DNA of 64,000 nucleotides from an uncultured delta proteobacterium (GTDB lineage: Bacteria; Myxococcota_A; UBA9160; UBA4427), in contig CAWGJT010000005.1 of assembly GCA_963822965.1 (NCBI GenBank), forward strand, positions 160,001 to 224,000, written 5' to 3'. The position numbers and the translations under genes were made by a program. Positions 39,838 through 51,464 of the stretch are shown here, one piece after another. Each line of letters opens with the position of its first letter. Positions within the stretch are counted from its first letter, which is position 1. Below the pieces are notes generated by a model. The model was not told the origin of the DNA. It was given only the letters and a program-made list of their open reading frames with translations, and did no database searches.

Positions 39838-42800
39838 CTACACCCGCAGAAGCACGCCCCGGGCGGGCTCGCCGGTCGCCGCCTCGATGGCCTCCACGTA
39901 CAGGCGCACCTGCGCCTCGTAGCCGGCCCGCGCCGTCTCCAGCTCGCGGTCGGTCTTGAAGTCGACCACCGTCCAGCGGGGCGCGTCGCCGGAGCCGCCG
40001 TCGGCCGTCTCCCGAAACGCCAGGTCGACGACGCCCTCGACGAGGATGCCGTCGGGCCGGTGGTGCAGGACGGGCGTCTCGCGGCGCAGGCCCCCGGCCC
40101 GGGCGGCGCGCACCGCCCGCTCGAAGAGCGGATGGCGCCGGGCCGCCGCGGCGGCGTCGGCCGCGGCCCGGACCTCGTCCGCCGGGGCCGCCACCAGCCG
40201 ACCCTGCGCACGCGCCACGGACAGGATCGCGTCGAGATCCCCGTCCAGAGGCATGGCGGCGAGGACGGCGTGGACGAGGGTGCCGAACCGCCGCCCGCCC
40301 GGGCGCCCGGCCCGGTCCACCTCCACGGAGTCGACCTCGACCTCGCGGGCCGGCGCCGGCGGCGCCGCGCCTTCCGCGGCTTCGGCCTGCGAGAGCGCCG
40401 TCGCCGAGCGCACATCGAGGCTCGGGGTGGCGCCGGCCGCGAGGGTCGCGGCCCGCTCCCGCTGCCAGGCCGCGTGGGCGGCGATTCCCTCCTCGGCCAC
40501 CCGGCCCGCGTCGTCCGCCACCAGGATCTTCTCCTGGCGCAGCCCCACCTCCTCCTTGCGGTCCAGGTCGAGGACGGCGGGTCCCACCAGACGACCCGGT
40601 GCGTCGCCGCGCTCGGGCACGTGCAGGCCCGGCCGCACCGACCGCGGCGCCCCCGACGACCCCCTGGGACCGCCGGTGCTGCACGCTGTCCTCGCCGAAG
40701 GCGGGACAGCCCGGCGCGGGCTCGCTCTGCCGCCAGGCCGTACGCGCCGCGGGTAGACCGGCGGGATTCAGCATGTCGACCCAGCCCGAACGCGCTTCGT
40801 CGCCCACCGCCGGCACCACCAGCAGCTCCCGGGCGCGGGTGGCCGCCACGTAGGCCACCCGCACGGACTCCTCGGCGTCGCGCCGCCGCTCCTCGTCGGC
40901 CGCGTCCATCAGCTCGAAGGGAGCGCAGCCCGCCAGCGGCTCCGCCCACAGCTCGCGGTCCGGGTCGATGTGGCGGCTGGGATTGCGCGGCTCTCGCGAG
41001 GCAGTGGGATCCGCCAGGATCACCACCGGGAACTCGAGACCCTTGGCGCGGTGCACGGTCATGATGCGCACGCCCTCGGTGCCCTCCTCCACCACCGGCG
41101 CGTCCTCGGCCTCGCCGCGCTCCGCCTCGCCCTCCATGTGCTCGGCGAAGGCGCGGAACGACGTGGCGCCTTGCGCTCGAAGCGCCGCGCCAGGTCGATC
41201 ACCCGCAGACAGTTGGCCAGGGCCTGCTCGCCGGTGGGCCAGATGGCGACCCCCGCGTGAGCGCGCACGGCGGCGAGCAGGCTCGAGAGGGTCTCGGCGA
41301 TCGGTCGCCGGTTGCGGCGCACGTGCAGCCCGCCGAGGATCGTCGAGCGCCTCGTCCACCTCGCGCTCGGGCGCCTCGAGGGCCGCGAGCGCTTCGTCGT
41401 CCAGACGCCGCAGGGCGTGGAAGCCGCCCACGCGCCGCCGGTACGCGAGCAGCGCGTCGTCGCCCAGCGCGAAGAACGGTCCGCGCAGGGTGGCGAACAC
41501 GCGCAGCTCGTCGTCCGGCCACTCGATGGCGCACAGCGCGTTGCGCAGGGCCTCCACCTCCTCGCGCTCGTGGAACGAGCGGCCGCCCACCAGCACGTGG
41601 GGCACGCGGCGCGCCTCGAGCGCGCGCACGTAGGGGCGCGTCACGTCGTTGCCGAAGCTCTTGAAGCGGCGGAAGAGCAGGCACACGTGGCGCGCGCGCA
41701 GGGGCTCCGCGCCCGCCCGGGCGCGTCGGGCGACTCGATCGTCCAGCCGCTCGTCGTCCACCAGCCAGTCGACGAAGGCGCCCACCGCGTCCGGGAAACG
41801 ACTCCTCGACGCGGAAGTTCACGATCGTCCCGTAGTCGCCGTAGGGCGCGGGCACCGGCAGCGCCACCACGCTCGGCCGATCGGCGACGTCGCGCGCGGA
41901 ACGGCTGCAGGGGGACGTAGCGCGGCCTGGCGTCTCCGTCCGCGTCCGGGCCGGCCCCGCGCATGCAGCGGCTCGAAGGCGGCGTTCACCGCCTGCTGGA
42001 TCGACGGCAGGCTGCGGAAGCTGGTGGACAGCTGCAGCAGCTCGGCGCCGCGCGCGAGCAGCTGCTGCTTGGCGGCCTCGTAGATGGCGACGTCCGCCCG
42101 GCGGAAGCGGTAGATCGACTGCTTCGGGTCGCCCACCAGGAAGAGCTTGCCGGGAACGGGCGTCACCTGCCGCCAGTCGTCCTCGCCCGGGTCGTCGGCG
42201 GCGAGCAGCAGCAGGATCTCCGCCTGCAGCGGATCCGTGTCCTGGAACTCGTCCACGAAGAAGTGCGTGAAGCGCGCCTGCACCTCGCGTCGCACCGTCG
42301 GGATCGCGTCGCAGCAGGTCGCGGGTGCGCGCCAGCAGGTCCAGGAAGTCGAGCCGGCCCGGCGGCGTCCTTCTGCGCCTCGTAGGCGCGCACCACCGGC
42401 CGCAGCTCCTCCCGCAGCAGCGCGGCGAGGTCGGCGTCGGCCCGGGCGAGCAGGCCGTCGAGCTGCTCCTTCACGGCGTCGCGCCGCCCGACGACCTCTT
42501 CGCGCGGCAGGTCCTGTGCGAAGCGCTGGCGCGGCGACCCCGTCCACTTCCAGTGCGTGCGCGCCGGACGCGCGAGGTCGCGCAGCTCCGCCTCCAGGCC
42601 GTCGTAGTCGCGCCCGCGCACCGACTCGCGCAGCGCGTTCTCCTCGCAGAAGCGCGCGAGCTCCTCGAGGTTGCGCGCCAGCCAGTCGTTCGGGCGCTGC
42701 GCGCGCGCTCGGCCAGGGCGGCGACGGCGACGAGCGCGTCCATCACGGCGTCGATCTCGCCGCGTCGCGATCGAAGGGCTCGCGCCGCCAGCGCCGTCGG

Positions 42801-43401
42801 AAAGTCGCGGTGCTCCACCAGGTTCTGGACGGCTCCCCGCAGCAGCTCCCGCGGCCCCGTGCGATCGAAGCCCCGGGGACGCCGGCGCAGGATGCGGCGC
42901 ACCCCGTCGGGCGGGTCGGCCAGCACCTGCTGGAACCAGCCCTCGAAGGCGCGGTCGAGGAACGTCCTGGGCCTCGTCCTGCGGGCGCCACCTCGAAGAG
43001 CGGATCGACGCCGCGCCTCCACCGGGCGCTCGTGCAGCAGGTCGCCGCAGAAGGCGTGGATCGTGCCGATGCGGGCCAGCTCGAGCTGGGCCAGCGCCGT
43101 CTCCAGGCGCTCGCGCTCGGCGTCGCTCGAGTCCGGCGCGACCGCGCGCCGTCTCGATCTCCGCCCGCAGGCGCAGCTTCATCTCGCCGGCGGCCTTCTC
43201 GGTGAAGGTGACCGCCGCGATGCGGTCGAGCCGACCCTCGCCGGTGCGCAGCAGGGACACGATGCGCGAGACCAGCGCGCTGGTCTTGCCCGTGCCGGCG
43301 GCGGCCTCGACGAACAGGGTGGCGTCGAGGTCGTCGCGGATGCGCCGCCGCGCCTCGGCGTCCGCCAGCGGCAGGGTGTCGGTGGCCGATGCATCGCCCA
43401 T
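39838..43401 (-). CDS. addA: AddA/UvrD-like helicase with a C-terminal RecB-type nuclease; broken by many apparent frameshifts
   Basis: [70 protein letters not shown] and GVVDLAF...VVDFKTD...QVRLY, distributed over several frames. Confidence 0.85.
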
Positions 43402-43405
43402 GGGA

Positions 43406-46400
43406 CTAGCGCGCCTCCCGCAGCTGGCGCAGGCGCTCGATCTGCTCGTGGCCCTGCCACTTCCGCGCCGTGCGCTGCTCCTCGTAGGGCCCGCACACGC
43501 TGCGGTAGTCGCACCAGCGACAGGCGCCCTTCGCCGGCGCCGCGGGCAGGAAGGGCTCGCGCAGGGCGCCGTCGACCACCTGGGCGACGAAGGCGGCGCT
43601 CTTGCGCGCACGGTCGTCCAGCGGCACCTCGCGCTCCTCGAAGCCGCCGGCGGCGGTGCAGTAGTAGAGGCGCCCGGACTCCACGCGCTCGTCCGGCAGC
43701 AGCTTCTCCGAGGCGAGCGCGTAGAGGATCGGGCTGCAGCGACTCGCCGCCGGCGATGACCCGTCCCTCCTCGATCGCGCGCCTTGCCCGTCTTGTGGTC
43801 GGTGACGCGAACGCGACCGTCGGCGCGTGCGCTCGAGCAGATCGATCGAGCCCCGCAGCTGGATGCCGCACGTCGAGGGCCACCGGGTCGGCGCACCGAG
43901 TGGGCGTCCCGCTGGCGCTGGCTCTGCAAGCCGAAGGAGAGCTCGAAGCGCCAGGGCACGAAGCCCGAGCGGTCGAGGCTCGCGCGGCGCAGCCACTCGC
44001 GCAGGTCGGCCCGCACGCCGGTGATGCCGTCCTGCCAGACCCGCTCGATGGCCGGCGCCAGATCGTCGCGGTAGCGGGCCGCCACCTCGTCGAGCACCTC
44101 GTCGAGGATCGCGCCCGCCGCGGCCAGCCGTTCGGCGGTGACCGGCAGCAGCCCGGCCTCGGCGAGACGACCGAAGAGCGCGAACTGCACGTCGTGCACG
44201 AGGGAGCCGCGCTCGAGGGGTCCCATCTCGTCGATCGCGACGGGCACCTCGCGCGGGGCGAGGCGGTGGATCGCCTGCAGGAAGAAGCGGTAGGGACAGC
44301 TCGCGAAGTGCTGCAGGGCCGTGGGCGAGAAGCTGCGGGCCGCGAGCCGCTGCTCCGCCAGCGCCTCCCGGGCGCCCGTCGCCAGGTCGCCCTGGACGCG
44401 CGGGGTGAGACCGTCGGCCTCGGTCCAGCGCGGCAGCCAGCGACGCGCGCGGAAGCGCAGCGCGCGGCCCAGGTGGGGGTTGGCGGTGAGCAGGTAGCGA
44501 GCCGTGCCGACGCTGCGCGCCTCGTCCTGGGCCAGCAGCCGGTCGAGCAGCGCCAGGTCGTGCTCGGCTTCGTCGATGGCCTGCTCGGGATGCTCCGGCG
44601 CCGGCCAGCCGACGCGCGCCCCCGCCACCTGCTCGGCCCGCGCGGCCAGCTCGTCGAAGCCCGGCAGCCGACCCTCGGCGGCGCGCAGGGCCTCCAGGGC
44701 GTAGAAGGACGGCACCCGGGGCCGGGACTGGTCGAGGTCGAGTCGCGGATACGTGAGGAGCAGGGCCCGGCGCGCGGCGCCCACGGCCGTGCGCAGCGCC
44801 AGTCGCTCCTCGGCCACCCGATCGTCGTTGGTGGCGAGGGGGATCGGGCAGCTCGGGCGAGAGCTGCGACAGCCGCTGGCGCTGGGCGTCCAGCAGCAGC
44901 GGCTCCTCGGAGATCTTGCGGGGGAAGAGGCGCTCGGCGAGACCCGGCACCGCCACGACGTCGAAGCAGAGCCCGCGGGCGGCATGCGGCGGGACCGACG
45001 AAGACGCGTCCGTAGCGGCTGGCGGGACGCGCTGCCTGGAGCTCGAGCAGCCGGCTGCCCAGCACGAGCTGCACCTCGGCCAGCTCGACCGGGCCCACCT
45101 CCGCCATGGGCGCGAGCTCCGCGAGCACCGACAGCACCCGCTCGGGCTGCCGCAGCGAACGCGGTGGCCAGCGAGCCCAGGGCGTCGAGCCACTCTCCCC
45201 AACGGGCGCGCTCGGGCAGCTCGGCGAGCGCGTCCAGCAGCGGCAGCGCGAAGGCGCGCAGGTCGTCGAGGGCCTGCGAGATTCCGCTCGATGCGCTGGC
45301 TCCGCGGGTCCTCCGAATCGTCGATCTCCCGCAGGTCGAGCCGGTAGCCCTCTGCCAGGCCGTCGAGCCTTCGCTCCCAGCGCTCGCGGCCACCGATCAC
45401 GGCGGCCTCCACCAGCAGCTGCTCCCAGCGGCGGGGCGCACGCAGGGTGCCCGCCAGCACCGGGACGCCGTCCGGATCCGCAACCGGCGGCAGCTCGGGC
45501 TCACCGGTCTCGCGACGCCCGTCGAGCGCCTCGGCAACGGCTTCCGGGACCAGCTCCTCGTCCGGGGCCACCCAGCGATCCGCGGGCGCTGCCGCGGGCG
45601 GCGGCGTCGCCGCCCGCGCACGGCCGGCGGCACCTCGCCGAGGGACAGGTACTCGGCGAAGCGAGCGGCCGAGAACCCCTCCGCGCGGCAGGCGAGCAGC
45701 GCGAGGAACGCGCGACCCGCCGGGTCGGGTCGCGTGGCACCCTGCGCGAACCAGGCGGGAACGCCCGCCCGATGGAGCGCCTCCTCGAGATGGGGCCGGT
45801 ACTCCGCGACCGACCGCAGCAGGATCGCCATGCGATCGAAGGGAACCCCGGCGCGCGCGTGGCCGAGCAGGCGCCGCACGACCTCCACGCACTCGCGGCT
45901 CTCGCCGGGCGCCGACAGCACCACCACGTCGTCGTCGAGACCCGCCGGCTCGGGCGCCCGGTCCTCGAAGAGGTGCGCCTGGAGCCGCTCGAGGGAGGTC
46001 GCCGGACCCGCGCCCTCGTCCGAGACCTCCTCGAGGGGCACCCGCTGCCGAAGCCGGGCCAGGCTGGCGGCATCGCCGGTGGGAGCCGTCATCAGCACGG
46101 CCGGTGCGCGGCGCGCCACCGCGGCGACCAGCGCCGTCTCGGACTCGCTGGGCAGGGGCACGTCGACGATCAGGGTGGGCAGATCGAGCAGCGGATGTCG
46201 GAAGCCCGGCTCGGCCGCGCGGGCTGCCGCTCGCGCCACCACCCCCGCCCGATCGACGAGGCCCGCCTTCTCGAGCGCCTGCGCGTAGCCGGCGGCCAGC
46301 GCCGCGAGCCCGGGATCCACCGTCGCCAGGGCCTCCGGCCCCACCTGCGCGAGGCGGAGCTCGGCGATCACCGCCGCCGCGGCGCGAGGGAACGTGGGGC

Positions 46401-46825
46401 CCTCGGAGACCGACGCGTAGCGGCCGAGACGCCCCTCCCGGGCCAGCTCCTGGACGACCCCGGCCACCACGGCCTCGCAGGCGAGCCGTCCCACGGGAAC
46501 CCGGTCTTCCCGGGCCAGATCGAGGGCCACCAGCTCGAAGGCGAAGCGACCCAGGGTCGCGCGGTGCCAGCCGAATGCAGCGGCCCCACCCGCGCCGGCC
46601 CCGGCGACGGCCTCGCGCAGGATCTCGTGGGCGGCGGTCGCCCCGGGCGCCAGGACGAGGCACTCCTGTCCCGGCCCTGCCGCCCCTCCCGGTGCTGCCG
46701 GCCCTGCCGGCCCTGCCGGCCCTCCTCGCTCGGCGCCCGAGCGGGCGTGGAGCCAGGCGTGGGCGCGCTCGAGACGCCGGGCGGCGGCGGGCGACGTAAA
46801 GAGTCGATGGGACGACGTGAGACAC
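43406..46825 (-). CDS. addB: AddB-like subunit (helicase-like region plus PD-(D/E)xK nuclease with Fe-S cysteines); many apparent frameshifts
   Basis: [33 protein letters not shown] and a C-terminal [10 protein letters not shown]. Directly upstream of the addA-like gene. Confidence 0.8.
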   Translation of the reverse strand: MSHVVPSTLYVARRRPASRARPRLAPRPLGRRARRAGRAGRAGSTGRGGRAGTGVPRPGARGDRRPRDPARGRRRGRRGWGRCIRLAPRDPGSLRLRAGGPRSGPGRPGSRGTARLRGRGGRGRPGAGPGGASRPLRVGLRGPHVPSRRGGGDRRAPPRAGGAGGPGDGGSRARGAGRRLRAGAREGGPRRSGGGGGASGSPRGRAGLPTSAARSAHPDRRRAPAQRVRDGAGRRGGAPRTGRADDGSHRRCRQPGPASAAGAPRGGLGRGRGSGDLPRAAPGAPLRGPGARAGGSRRRRGGAVGARREPRVRGGRAAPARPRARRGSLRSHGDPAAVGRGVPAPSRGGAPSGGRSRLVRAGCHATRPGGSRVPRAARLPRGGVLGRSLRRVPVPRRGAAGRARAATPPPAAAPADRWVAPDEELVPEAVAEALDGRRETGEPELPPVADPDGVPVLAGTLRAPRRWEQLLVEAAVIGGRERWERRLDGLAEGYRLDLREIDDSEDPRSQRIERNLAGPRRPARLRAAAAGRARRAARARPLGRVARRPGLAGHRVRCGSPSGCCRCSRSSRPWRRWARSSWPRCSSCWAAGCSSSRQRVPPAATDASSSVPPHAARGLCFDVVAVPGLAERLFPRKISEEPLLLDAQRQRLSQLSPELPDPPRHQRRSGGRGATGAAHGRGRRAPGPAPHVSATRPRPVPAPGAVLLRPGGPARRRGSAAGLRRAGRAGRAGGGGARRLAGAGASRAGHRRSRARPGAARPAAGPGRGAQRRHGSLPAHRQPPPGPRAALPRASLAAALDRGRRSHPARPGRPGDGRPGGAGGAAARGPQLLAHGPAALRELSLPLLPAGDPPPRPARGARRDRRDGTPRARLPRARRAVRALRSSRRGRAAAGHRRTAGRGGRDPRRGARRGGGPLPRRSGAGHRAGLAGRHHRRAGRPARVAAPREPRPLGLRALALRALLRLAEPAPAGRPLGAPTRWPSTCGIQLRGSIDLLERTRRRSRSRHRPQDGQGARSRRDGSSPAASRCSPILYALASEKLLPDERVESGRLYYCTAAGGFEEREVPLDDRARKSAAFVAQVVDGALREPFLPAAPAKGACRWCDYRSVCGPYEEQRTARKWQGHEQIERLRQLREAR

Positions 46826-47085
46826 CCCCTGTGTGCAGGAGCATTCTAGACGGGGTGCGGGTCAGAAGCGGTCACGAGCCCGCCTCGGCCGCCACCCGGC
46901 GCGAGACGGGCGGGAGCCCGATCCTATCGGATGACGAGCTTCCGGGAACGCCGGCGGCCCCGGAAGCCCGTGACGGTGGTACGCTCGTTCACGCATCCCG
47001 CCGGCGATCCGATCGGCCCCGATCTCGATCCCGGAAGGACGGAATCCCGGATCCCACGGGTCCCGAGACCACCGGAGGAGCCATC

Positions 47086-48168
47086 ATGAAGGCAGCCGTT
47101 CTACGCGCGTATCACACACCGCTCCAGATCGAGGACGTCCAGCTCGGCAACCCCGGACCGCGCGAGGTGCGCGTCGAGACCCGCGCCACCGGCGTGTGTC
47201 ACAGCGACCTGCACGTCATCGAAGGCGCGCTGCCGGCGCCGCCGCCCACCGTGCTCGGCCACGAGCCGGCGGGGGTGGTGGTCGAGGTCGGCCGCGACGT
47301 CAGCCACGTGGCCGTGGGCGACCACGTGATCGGCTGCCTGTCGGCCTTCTGCGGCAACTGCGAGTTCTGCCTCTCGGGCCGGCCCAACCTGTGCGGCGGT
47401 GCAGCCACCGTTCGCGCGCCCGGAGAGCCGCCGCGCATCTCCAAGGACGGCGAGCTGATCCACCAGTTCGCGCACCTCTCGTCCTTCGCCGAGGAGATGC
47501 TGTGCCACGAGAACGCCCTCGTGAAGATCCGCCCCGACATGCCCCTCGAGCAGGCCGCGCTGATCGGCTGCGGCGTGACGACCGGCCTGGGCGCCGCGCT
47601 CAACACCGCGAAGATCCGCCCGGGCGACACCGCGGTGGTGATCGGTTGCGGGGGCGTGGGGCTCGCCGCCATCCAGGGGTGCCGCATCGGCGGCGCCAGC
47701 CGCATCATCGCCGTGGACGTGGTGCCCTGGAAGCTCGAGCTGGCGCAGAAGCTCGGCGCCACCGACGTGATCGACAGCAGCAAGGACAACGCCATGATGA
47801 AGGTGCTGGAGGCGACCGGCGGCGTCGACTACTGCTTCGAGTGCATCGGCGTGAAGGAGCTGGCGGCCACGGGGCTGGCGATGGTGCGCAAGGGCGGCAC
47901 CCTGGTGCTCGTGGGCGTCGTGCCCCTGGGCCAGAACGTCGAGCTGCCGGGCCTGGACATCGTGCTCTCCGGCAAGAGCGTGGTCGGCTCCATGATGGGC
48001 GGCAACCGCTTCCGCATCGACATGCCCCGCTACGTCGACTTCTACCTGGACGGGCGCCTGCGGCTCGACGAGATGATCTCCGCCCGGCTCCGGCTCGACG
48101 AGATCAACACCGCCTTCGACAAGATGAAGGCCGGGGAGGTGGCCCGCAGCGTGGTGACCTTCGACTGA
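47086..48168 (+). CDS. Zn-dependent alcohol dehydrogenase (class III-like)
   Basis: GVCHSD, GHEPAG, CGNCEFC..G..NLC and GCGGVG. GGAGG RBS. Confidence 0.95.
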   Translation: MKAAVLRAYHTPLQIEDVQLGNPGPREVRVETRATGVCHSDLHVIEGALPAPPPTVLGHEPAGVVVEVGRDVSHVAVGDHVIGCLSAFCGNCEFCLSGRPNLCGGAATVRAPGEPPRISKDGELIHQFAHLSSFAEEMLCHENALVKIRPDMPLEQAALIGCGVTTGLGAALNTAKIRPGDTAVVIGCGGVGLAAIQGCRIGGASRIIAVDVVPWKLELAQKLGATDVIDSSKDNAMMKVLEATGGVDYCFECIGVKELAATGLAMVRKGGTLVLVGVVPLGQNVELPGLDIVLSGKSVVGSMMGGNRFRIDMPRYVDFYLDGRLRLDEMISARLRLDEINTAFDKMKAGEVARSVVTFD

Positions 48169-48203
48169 CGCTGCCCCGACCGGGGGCCGAACGGCCCTGC
48201 GGA

Positions 48204-48830
48204 CTATGAGGAGTCGCGGCGGGTGCCGGGAGGCAGCAGCCCCTCCGCCACCACACGGTCCAGCGCCTCGGAGACGAAGTCCCAGAGCGTCGCCGAGGCG
48301 TGGGCGATGGGCTGGTTGATCTCGCGCACCTGGGTCTCGACCACGCCCAGCTCCTGCCAGGTGCGCGCGCCGCCCAGGGCGTTGTGCAGCAGCGGCATCA
48401 GTCGGTCCATGGCCTTGGCGAAGCGGGCCTCGGCGCTCTCCTGGGCCTCGTACTCGTCCCACAAGTCGCGCAGCTCGCCGCCCAGGTCGGGGGGCAGCAG
48501 GCCGAAGAGGCGGTCGGCGGCGTGGATCTCCTCCTCGGCCTTGGCGGCGCGCGCGGCCTGGTCGTAGACCGCGACGTCGCCCGCGTCGATCTCCACCAGG
48601 TCGTGCACCAGCAGCATCTTCAGCACCCGATCGCGGTCGACCGGGGCCTCGGCGTGCTCCACCAGGACGAGGGCCATCAGCGCCACGTGCCAGCTGTGCT
48701 CGGCGCTGTTCTCGCGCCGATCCTCCTCGAAGAGGTACGAGCGCCGCAGAACGCCCTTCAGCTTGTCGGCTTCTCGGATGAAGGCGATCTGCTGGGCGAG
48801 CCGCGCGGCCGGATCCTCGCTTCGGGGCAT
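48204..48830 (-). CDS. HD-domain hydrolase (HD_3/YfbR-like)
   Basis: DKLK...R, ENSAEHSWH, LVHDLVEIDAGD and EARFAKAMDRL.P. Confidence 0.9.
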   Translation of the reverse strand: MPRSEDPAARLAQQIAFIREADKLKGVLRRSYLFEEDRRENSAEHSWHVALMALVLVEHAEAPVDRDRVLKMLLVHDLVEIDAGDVAVYDQAARAAKAEEEIHAADRLFGLLPPDLGGELRDLWDEYEAQESAEARFAKAMDRLMPLLHNALGGARTWQELGVVETQVREINQPIAHASATLWDFVSEALDRVVAEGLLPPGTRRDSS

Positions 48831-48898
48831 GGTCCGAGGGTAGATCAGCCGCGCGAATGCTGGTTCCCGCGGCGCGGCGCCGGTAGCCTTTCGCCTCC

Positions 48899-50143
48899 AT
48901 GCCCGCTTCCTCCGACGTCTGGCAGCCCGGACCGCGACCGGCGTGGGTCCGCCGCCTGAACGCCGTCGGCAACCCGGCCGACATCGGGCTCGGGCCGGAG
49001 GAGATCCTCGCCGAGGCGAAGCGTCGCACGGGGCTCTCGGACTTCGGGGACGACGACTGGCGCGAGGGCTTCGCGATCTTCCTGGACGCCCTCGAGCGGG
49101 AGGCGAAGCTCCACTTCGTGGGCCGGCTGCTGGCCCGATCGGACGTCCTCAACTGGCTCGAGAACCGCCTGTGCATGACGGAGGCGCGCCGCCAGAATCC
49201 GGAGATCGACCGCGAGCGCATCGAGCGGCCGATCTTCATCACCGGCCTGCCGCGCACGGGCACCTCGATCCTGCACGCGCTGCTGGGACACGATCCCCGC
49301 TCGCGGGTGCCCCTGGCCTGGGAGGTGCGACACCCCTGCCCGCCCCCCGAGCGCGCGAGCTACGAGAGCGATCCCCGCATCGTCCAGGCCGAGGACGAGA
49401 TCCGGCTGTGGTGCGAGATCGTGCCGGAGTACGACTCGATGCACGAGCTGGGCGCGCGTGTGCCCGTCGAGTGCATCCAGCTGACCGCCCACGCCTTCCG
49501 CAGCGACGAGCTCTCGGGCAGGCACCTGGTGCCGAGCTACGCCGCCTGGCTCGCGCGCGCGGACCTCGTGCCCGCCTATGCGTTCCACGCCCAGATGCTG
49601 CGGCTGCTGCAGTGGCATGCTCCGGGCGAGCGTTGGGTGCTGAAGGCGCCCTCCCACCTGGGCGCGCTGGGGGCGCTGCTGGCCGTCTACCCCGACGCCC
49701 GCATCGTGTGGACCCACCGGGACCCGCTCACCGTGATGGCCTCGGTGGCCAGCATCCTGTTCTCCACCGCCTGGGTGCGCTCGGATGCGGTGGACGCCGA
49801 GCAGGTGCTGGGCTGGTTCACCGGGGAGACCTGTGCGGCGTTGCTCGCCGCCGGCCAGGCGGTGCGCGACGCCGCGGGCGAGAGCCCCGCGCGCTTCCAC
49901 GACGTCCGCTACGCCGACCTGGTGGCGGACCCCGTCACCACCATCGCCGGCATCTACGACCGCTTCGACATCGCGTTCGACGGCGAGGCGGAGGCGTGCA
50001 TCCGCAGGGCGATCGCCGCCCGGCCCCAGGGCCGGCACGGCGCCCACCGCTACGACTTCCGGAACACCGGCCTGCCCGTGGACGAGGAGCGCCGCCGATT
50101 CCGCGCCTACCAGGAGCGCTACGGCGTTCCCTCGGAGGTGTGA
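48899..50143 (+). CDS. Sulfotransferase family protein
   Basis: PAPS loop PIFITGLPRTGTS, WVLKAPSH, THRDP and RYADLVADP. Confidence 0.9.
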   Translation: MPASSDVWQPGPRPAWVRRLNAVGNPADIGLGPEEILAEAKRRTGLSDFGDDDWREGFAIFLDALEREAKLHFVGRLLARSDVLNWLENRLCMTEARRQNPEIDRERIERPIFITGLPRTGTSILHALLGHDPRSRVPLAWEVRHPCPPPERASYESDPRIVQAEDEIRLWCEIVPEYDSMHELGARVPVECIQLTAHAFRSDELSGRHLVPSYAAWLARADLVPAYAFHAQMLRLLQWHAPGERWVLKAPSHLGALGALLAVYPDARIVWTHRDPLTVMASVASILFSTAWVRSDAVDAEQVLGWFTGETCAALLAAGQAVRDAAGESPARFHDVRYADLVADPVTTIAGIYDRFDIAFDGEAEACIRRAIAARPQGRHGAHRYDFRNTGLPVDEERRRFRAYQERYGVPSEV

Positions 50144-50145
50144 GC

Positions 50146-51411
50146 TTGGCGGACGGACGCGCACGCGGCGGCAGGCGCGACGCGGGTGCGCTGCGGCGCG
50201 ACCGGCGCGAACGCCTCCCCGCGGCCGACGCGGCCGCCGCCCTGCTCTCCGGCGACGCCTGGCGGCGCTACTGCGACGCCCTGCGCCAGGCGGGCGAGCA
50301 CCTGCTCGCCGCGAACCCGGGGGCGGGACCGGCGACCCGGGCCGAGGGCGTGCTCTACCTGCTCGGGCTGGTGCGCGGCGGCATCGGGCAGGCCCTGGAG
50401 CTGGCCGACCCCCGCCGGCCGCGCTTCTTCCGCAACCCGGACAGCAGCTCGCGCTGGGGCGCCGAGAATGCCGACAACCAGTACCTCTGGGCGCGAATCG
50501 ATCCGGCCCTCGACTACTGCATCCGCGGAGAGCGCGGTAGCGCCTTCGACTTCCTGATCGAGGTGAAGGAAGGCTACATGCAGCTGGGCGACGAGCGGAA
50601 CTTCGCCACGCTCACCGCCGGCGCCGTGGCCTGCGACGACGAGGGGCGCTTCGAGATCCGGCTCTCCCGCACGCCGCCGCCGAACTCCGATGCCGGCCGC
50701 TGGCTTCCGGTGGACCCCGATGCGCGCTACGTGGCGATCCGGCAGTACCTGTGCGACTGGCAGCGCGAGACGCCGGCGCGCTTCACCATCGAGTGCCTGA
50801 CGCCGGGAGAGGCCGCGCGCGCCGACCCGGCGGACGTCGCCGCGCGGCTCGAGGACGCGGGCGAGTGGACCCTCGCGAGCGCGCGCTTCTGGACCGAGTG
50901 GACCGACGCCCTGCGCGAGGGCTTCGTACCGGGGGTGCTGCCACCGGCCCGGAAGTACGCCGGCGGTGCCGACGACATCTACTACGGCAACGCTTTCTAC
51001 CGGCTCGGTCCCGACGAAGCGCTGGTTGTCGAGAGCGAGCCGCCGGACGCGCGCTACTGGCAGTTCCAGCTCTGCGATCCCTGGTTCCGCAGCGCCGACT
51101 GGGCGGAGCGCACGACGAGCATCAACCACCTGCAGGCCCGTCTCGACGGCGACGGACGCTTCCGCTGCGTGGTGGCCCACCGCGACCCCGGCGTGGCGAA
51201 CTGGCTCGACACCGCGGGCGAGACGGAAGGCGTGCTCCAGTACCGCTGGATCTGGTCGCGCGACAATCCCGTGCCCCGCGCCGAGACGGTGGCATTCGAC
51301 GCCGTCCGGGCGCACCTGCCCGCCGATACGCCTCGGCTCCGCGCGGAAGAGCGCGCGCGCGAGCGACGCCTGCGAAGGCGCCACCGCGAGCGACGGGAGC
51401 CGTCCTGCTGA
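50146..51411 (+). CDS. DUF1214-like protein
   Basis: WGAENADNQY.WARID, L.PDEALV, YWQFQL, TSIN..Q...D.DG.FR.VVAHRDPGVANWLDT.G...G...RW. TTG start is uncertain. Confidence 0.8.
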   Translation: MADGRARGGRRDAGALRRDRRERLPAADAAAALLSGDAWRRYCDALRQAGEHLLAANPGAGPATRAEGVLYLLGLVRGGIGQALELADPRRPRFFRNPDSSSRWGAENADNQYLWARIDPALDYCIRGERGSAFDFLIEVKEGYMQLGDERNFATLTAGAVACDDEGRFEIRLSRTPPPNSDAGRWLPVDPDARYVAIRQYLCDWQRETPARFTIECLTPGEAARADPADVAARLEDAGEWTLASARFWTEWTDALREGFVPGVLPPARKYAGGADDIYYGNAFYRLGPDEALVVESEPPDARYWQFQLCDPWFRSADWAERTTSINHLQARLDGDGRFRCVVAHRDPGVANWLDTAGETEGVLQYRWIWSRDNPVPRAETVAFDAVRAHLPADTPRLRAEERARERRLRRRHRERREPSC

Positions 51412-51464
51412 GCCCGCCGCGAGAGGGGCTGCCGACACGCTCGGCGGCCCGGTAGAGTCGCGGC

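Noticed and set aside
46670..46725. 9-bp CCGGCCCTG repeats near the addB-like 5' end
   Set aside because: The unit is a multiple of three and likely encodes a short low-complexity Ala-Gly-Pro linker. There is no evidence of a separate function.
39838..46825. Helicase-nuclease pair as an anti-phage system or Cas4
   Set aside because: Gene order, size and motifs (UvrD helicase with RecB-type nuclease preceded by an Fe-S PD-(D/E)xK subunit) fit housekeeping AddAB, and there is no defence-island context.
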